Assembly: GCF_009914755.1 (NCBI RefSeq)
Contig: NC_060925.1
Source: the human T2T-CHM13v2.0 reference genome, Homo sapiens
DNA: 64,000 nucleotides
Strand: one strand, 5' to 3'
Positions 57,022 to 64,000 of this stretch are shown one piece after another. Position numbers and translations under genes: made by a program. How positions within the stretch are numbered: the first letter of the stretch is position 1; each line of letters starts with the position of its first letter. The notes under the pieces were generated by a model, which worked only from the letters and a program-made list of their open reading frames with translations, had not been told where the DNA came from and ran no database searches.

Positions 57022-57997
57022 AATTCAAACAACACGTTTCCATTTTAATTACTTAACTGATCGCTTATGTACTTAAAACATGAAATTCTATGCTACTGAA
57101 AAGTTAGCTTTTTTTGGAAATTCTCAACATTTGTATGCCATATGCTTTCAAAAAATAAAATATTCAATATTTAATAAAATAATCCCAAACTGAAACTCAT
57201 CCATTGCAGCTGGAGTTGTTTCTTTATTTAGAATGGTTTACTAAACTTTAGTTGAGGGGGAGATAATTCAGGAAGAAGCCAAGCTTCTCCCAGTAAGACT
57301 GTCTTTCTCATCATGCTGAAGGTAATTTTATAACACTCTATTAATGAAAAGATCTAAGCAAGATTAAGAGGCCTCTCCAGGTCCCTCCCACAGCCCAGCA
57401 TGCACTAAAGTACTTTAAAGGAACTGTTTGCATTGGAATTCTCTCATGCATTAGCACTTAAATCTTTAAAATATCTTTGAAGCCCATCTGCTGCAGAGCT
57501 TCATTTTTAATGAAAATGAAAAGGGGCAGTTATAACTGTCTCTAATATACTAGGTCTTTTTCTATAATTCTAATTTGTTGTACCTCAGAGGAGTTCTTTG
57601 GAATAGAATTATTTTCTCTCACAAGATAATGAATTCATTGTAAGCTGCTCATAATAGTAACAATCATAGAAAACTGAAATATATCGGCAATAAATAGACC
57701 ATTTTTCTATCACTTTAGAGTTGTATTCTATAATATATATTAGTTTCTTACAAATTGATATAAAAATCTTTACATATAGTGTCCAACAATATTTTTACAC
57801 TCAAATGTACAGAGTACATTGTATTTTTGAAATAAATACTTTGAAATTAATAATGTGAAACAAAGAAGAGAATAAAATGTTAATTAATAATTTCCTAATA
57901 TGCATTTCCAGATATAAAATTTTTTGGGATTTAGTCACTGCAAGATTCCAATAAAAATTTGTCTTCTAGTTCTCCTCTCTAAATTGGGGTATTTTAG

Positions 57998-58358
<361 letters not shown>

Positions 58359-58379
58359 AATTTTTACTTTTTTATCTGT

Positions 58380-58688
58380 TTTTTGTTTGTGTGTTTTGTT
58401 TTGTTTTGAGATGAATTTTCGCTCTTGTTGCCCAGGCTGGAGTGCAATAGCACGATCACAGCGGGCCACACCTCTGCCTCCTGGGTTCAAGCAATTCTCC
58501 TGTCTCAGCCTCCCAAGTAGCTGGGACCACAGGCGCCTGCCACCATACCCGGCTAATTTTTATATTTTTAGTAGAGACGGGTTTCTCCATGTTGGTGAGG
58601 GTGGTCTCAAACTTTCAACCTCAGGTGATCCACCCACCCTGGCCTCCCAAAGTGCTGGGATTACAGGCATGAGCCACTGCGCCCAGCA
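58380..58688 (-). mobile_element. AluSq/Sp-like
   Basis: 'ttttcgctcttgttgcccaggctggagtgcaat' diagnostic. TSD approximately 'actttt(t/c)atctgttttt'. Confidence 0.92.
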
Positions 58689-58699
58689 CTTTTCATCTG

Positions 58700-58796
58700 T
58701 TTTTTTGTTTGTTTGTTTGTTTGTTTGTTTTTAGAGATAGGACTTGCTCTGTTGCCCAGGCTGGACTCAAACTCCTGGGTTCAAGTAATCTTCCAG
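58700..58796 (-). mobile_element. 5'-truncated FLAM/AluJ-like monomer with a (TTTG)n tail
   Basis: 'tagagataggacttgctctgttgcccaggctggactcaaactcctgggttcaagtaatc'. Confidence 0.8.
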
Positions 58797-59350
<554 letters not shown>

Positions 59351-60564
59351 GGTGTAATACCATTATGAAAATTTATTTTCTACAAAATTTTTTTCCAAGG
59401 CTGGTTGACCATTACAACTCCAGCATATTTACCTGTACAGACAGTACAAAGAGTGGCACCACAGAATTATCCCAAGGGGCAAGTCCACATTTTTTAGAGG
59501 GTCACAAATTTCTCTGACTTAAAGCCTCTGAAGGTGTTCTAGCTTTTCCACACTTTCATCAGCATCAGAAAATGTAATATGGTAGTAAAAGCACAAAGAT
59601 TTTCTTTTTAAAGCAAGATGTTGTTATCTACTTCTTAGAAACTGTAAATGAGTAATTTCATACATTAAAAATGGGAAAGACTAGACATACTCTGAATCTT
59701 TATTGTGAGGAACAAATAAAATATCATACAACCCAGTAGACATTAACAAGTATTTCTTTATATAGACTTAAAAAAAAAACTGGTTCAAGAAGATCAACTT
59801 CCAGAAAAGATAGAGGAGTTTGTATTATACAAAGTTTCCAACTGAGGAAAATAAGTAATCCAATAAAAATGCAGAAAGCATTGCTGCTGGGAAAAAATAA
59901 GGATTAGAGGGGCCAAGATCCAGAGGAGAAGAGACTGAACAAGTTGTACTGAGCTTCTGTAGCTGCATTTTCCTCTGGGACATTGCCAATTCAAAGTGCA
60001 GGTTAAAAATCTGACAATATGGGTTTGCATGGGTAAACAACCACTCTGGGACAGGGGAAAAACCAACAATAGATGGTGATCTTTCAGGGCTAATAATACA
60101 AAATGGAAATTTAAAGGTCAAAATGCCAGTGAGAATGGTGAGACAGAACACTGAGCTTGACACACAGGTGGCTTTTTAAAAAAGACATTTTTCAAAATCC
60201 ATCACCAGAGAGACAACAGGACAAGAAGCTAATCAGAAAAACTGTTTCCCTTCTAAGAAGATTTAAATTAGAGTTTAAAAGCATCCAAGTGAGGAGCTCC
60301 AGTGAATACATAAGGTTCTCAGCTGAATGCCCTGAATAACTATGACCTGAGAGTGCATGCAAGCCAGAGTTAAATGGGACCTTATCAAAACCCAACCACA
60401 ACCCAGCTTTACCTCAGCTCAGTCTCTGATTGGTTTCAGGTGATTAGCCCTTAACCTGCCTAGTAGTAGAAAAGGTAAAAACTCTCTAGAGAAAAATGAT
60501 ATTATCTGGATTCTCTGTAGTTTTTATATATAATATCCAAAATTTAATTTAAAAATTACAAGAA

Positions 60565-62575
60565 GAAAAGTTGCAAAATGCAAAATCAACATACAAAATT
60601 TCGTAGATTCTCAGGCAACACCAGCTGAAAAAGAAATGAAGAAACCAATCCCATTTACAATAGCTGCCAAAAATTAAATACCTAGGAAGAAATTTAACCA
60701 AAGAGGTGACAGGTCTCTACAATAAAAGCTATAAAACACTTTTTTAAAAAGTGGCAAAGTGAAAAGTGAAAAGACCTCCCATATTTATGGACTGGAGGAA
60801 TTAATATTGTCAAAATGATTATACTACTAAAACAGTTGTACAGATTCAGTGCTATCCCTACTGAAATACCAACATTTTCCACAGAAATAGAGAAACTTAT
60901 ACTAAAATTTCTATGGAACTAAAATTTATATGGAACCAAAAAAGACCCAGAGTAGCCAAAATAATCCTGAGCAAAAAGAGCAAAGCTGGAGACATCACAC
61001 TAGTTGTCTTCCAAATACACTACAAAGCTATAGTAAACAAAACAGCATGGTACTGGCATAAAAACAGACACATAGACCAATGGAGCAGAATAGAGAACCC
61101 AGAAACAAATCCACATATTTACAGTCAACTAATTTTCATCAAAGAAGCCAAGAACATACATTGAGAAAACAATAGTCTCTTCAATAAATAGTGTTGGAAA
61201 AACTCAATATCTGTATGCAGATGAAACTAGACCCCTATCTCTCACCAAAATCACCCCCTCTCCCTTACACCCCTATCTCTCATACAAAAATAAACTCAAG
61301 ATGAATTAAAGACTTGAATGTGAGACCTGAAACCGTGAAAGTATTGGAAGAAAACATAAGGGAAATGTTTCAGGATATTGGTCTGACAAAAGATTTATGG
61401 ATAAAATCTCAAAAGCACAGACAACAAAAGCAAATATAGACAAATGAGATTCTATCAAGCTAAACAGCTTCTGCACAGCAAAGAAATTCATCAAAATAGT
61501 GAAGAGACAATTTGCAGAATGGGAGAAAATGTATGTAAATTATTTATCTGATAAGGGAAAAAATTCTAGAATATATAAGGAACTCCAACAAATCAAGTGC
61601 GAAAAAAACAAATAATCTGATTAGCAAGTGGGCAAATGATCTAACAGACATTTCTCAAAAGAAGATATACAAAAGGCCAAGCATATGAAGAAATGCTCAA
61701 AATAATTAATTATCAGGGAAATGCAAATCATGACCACATTGAGACATCATCTCACCCTTGTTAGAAAGGCTGTTATCAAAAAGACCAAAAATTAACAAGT
61801 GCTGGTGAGCATGTGGAGAAAGAGGAACTCATACACTGTCGAGAATGTAAACTAGTACAGCAATTATAGAAAATAATATGGAGGTTCCTCAAAAAACTAA
61901 AAATAGAACTGCCATATGATCCAACAATCCCACAACTGGGTATATATCCAAAGGAAAGCAAATCAGTATGTGAAAGAGATAAACATACTCCCATGTTTAT
62001 TTCAGCACTATTTACAATAGCCAAGAGACAGAATCAACCTAAGTCTTCATCAACAATGAATAAAGAAAATGAAATGTATATATATATACACATATACATA
62101 ATAAAATGCTATTCCACCACAAGAATTAAATCCTATTATTCGTGGCAACATGCATGAGCCTAGAGAACATTATATTAAGTGAAATAAGCAAGGCATGGAA
62201 AGATAAATACCGCATGTTCTCAATCATAGGGAGAAGCTAAAAATATTGCTCTCAGAGAACAGACTCATGGTTACTAGAGGATGGGAAAGGTAGGGGCAAG
62301 GGGAGATAGAGAGAAGTTGGTTAATGCATATACAAGTAGGATAGGAAGAGTAGGTGCTAGTATATGGCAATATAGGATGATTATAGTTAACAATAATTTA
62401 TTGTATATTTTCAAATAGCTAGAAGGAAGGATTTTTTATGTTCCCAACAGAATGATAAATGTTTGAGAACATGGATAATCTAATTACCTTGATTTGAGCA
62501 CTACACATTGTATACATGTATTGAAATATATTCTACCCCATAAATACGTACAATTATGTGTCACTTTAAAATAAT
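60565..62575 (+). mobile_element. L1MA-age 5'-truncated L1 (ORF2 3' half and 3'UTR)
   Basis: ORF 60913-61164 '[47 protein letters not shown]'. L1MA-type 3'UTR 'gttaacaataatttattgtatattttcaaatagctagaag'. Confidence 0.9.
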
Positions 62576-62589
62576 TTTTAAAATACCAA

Positions 62590-63425
62590 AAGAGCCAAGA
62601 GCCAAGAAATAAGACTAGAGAAATATGGTGTGCATGTATATGTTTCTGTGTGCATGTGTATGTGTGTATGAAAATAGGAAAATAATATAAATTTAATGAT
62701 AGAACAACATCTAGAAAAAAATAAATTGGAATTTCTAGAGCTAAAAAATATAAAATACTACATTAAGAATTGAAAAAAAAGGATTTAACACCAGATTAGG
62801 CACAGCAAAAGAACAGTTAACTGGAAGACAGTTCAATAGAGAATATCCAAATTGAAGTCGAGAGGAGAAAAATAAATTTTAAAAGAGAAAATTTTAAAGT
62901 AGTAAGAGCCTAAGTGACACTTTAAGGCATTCTCAAAAAGTCTACCATATGAACAATTGAAATCCATTTTTGAATGGGACTGAAACAATATTTTAAGTAA
63001 TAATGCCCAAGAGTGTCAAATAACAGGCATTATTGCATCAAATAATGTCCATGAGTGTCAAAACCCGATGATGACATTACAGTACAAATCATAGAAGCTC
63101 TATAAACCTCAACAGTATAAATGCAAATAAAATAACATCTAGACATATAATGACAAAACTTCTTAAACTTTAAAAAAGGAGAAAATTAATGAAAGGAAGA
63201 AAAAAATTACACATTACTTTCAAAGGAGCAGCAATATGATTAAAAGGTTACTTATCAACAATAACAGAAGCCAGAAAATAATGCAATGAGTCCTGTATAT
63301 ATTGAAAGAAAATAACTGCCAACTAAAATTTCTGTACCCAACAAAAATACTCTTCAAGATAAAGGCAAAGTAAGGACTTTGATATAAGTAAAAGCTGAGA
63401 AAATGGGCCACCAACTTACCAGCAC

Positions 63426-63456
<31 letters not shown>

Positions 63457-63560
63457 AAATACATACATACATACATACATACATACATACATGTCATTTT
63501 TTAGGTAGAAATAAAATCACCCCAGATGAAAACATTGAAATAAAGAGAGAAATCAAAAGT
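62590..63560 (+). mobile_element. Older L1M ORF1-region relic (its 5' part probably lies at about 59790-60560)
   Basis: 'ctggaagacagttcaatagagaatatccaaattgaa', 'catctagacatataatgacaaaactt', 'gaagccagaaaataatgcaatga...aaagaaaataactgccaact'. Confidence 0.65.
63427..63491. repeat. Compound (TAAA)n(TACA)n STR
   Basis: Read directly. Confidence 0.95.
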
Positions 63561-63569
63561 AATGACTAA

Positions 63570-63900
63570 ATACGTGAGAGTATGCAAAATTTCACCTTGA
63601 TTTCTATTTTACCTGATATGAATAATTCTTTGTGTGCTTTGTTATTGTTTGTCTCTGATAAGTACTTTTTCTTATCTTTCATTACAATATTTTGTGTATG
63701 TTTAGGTGTATCTCTTGTAGGTAGCATATGATTGGATTTGAACTTTGGTTGTGTTTGCTATTGATAATATCTCGTTAACTGCCACATATGATCCAGGACT
63801 CTCTGTCATTTCAAATAGTTTTTTCACTCTATATTTTTTGATATTAATGATATAATTAATTAGGGTTTATTTATTCTATTTTTAATTATTTAATTTTTTT
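63570..63900 (-). mobile_element. Old L1 ORF2 N-terminal (endonuclease) relic
   Basis: Reverse complement reads 'aatccaatcatatgctacctacaagagatacacctaaacata', matching the L1 EN 'CCLQETHL' region. Confidence 0.55.
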
Positions 63901-64000
63901 ATTCTAGGAGTTTGAGATATGTGTGTGTGCATGTGTGTATGTGTGTGTATATTATATGCACATAATTTCTTCTGATGATCATCCTTAAATATTTAACACA

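Overview
Primate (most likely human or other great-ape) AT-rich, CpG-depleted genomic DNA, either deep intronic or intergenic. Roughly half is recognisable interspersed repeat: about 15 Alus (J, S and Y ages), a 4.4-kb 5'-truncated L1PA, a twin-primed inverted L1PA, L1PB/L1MA/L1ME relics, L2/MIR fragments, MaLR/ERVL LTRs, a near full-length Tigger1 fused to Tigger3b, MER2 and MER3. There are also several microsatellites and a 1-kb minisatellite. I found no intact protein-coding gene; the long ORFs come from simple repeats or dead L1/Tigger reading frames. I cannot name the host gene, and I see no convincing new multi-gene system. The most unusual local structures are: a minisatellite that gains CpGs and bHLH-PAS core motifs stepwise along its length; a tailless 42-nt 5S rRNA retrocopy apparently primed by target-site microhomology; a candidate minus-strand exon; a recursive-splice-like AG|GTAAGT site; a Tigger1/Tigger3b fusion lacking a TA target site; nested Alus inside one target-site duplication; and many small duplications with templated junctions. 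Repeat subfamily names come from my recall of consensus sequences, not from a RepeatMasker run, and the boundaries of old elements are approximate.
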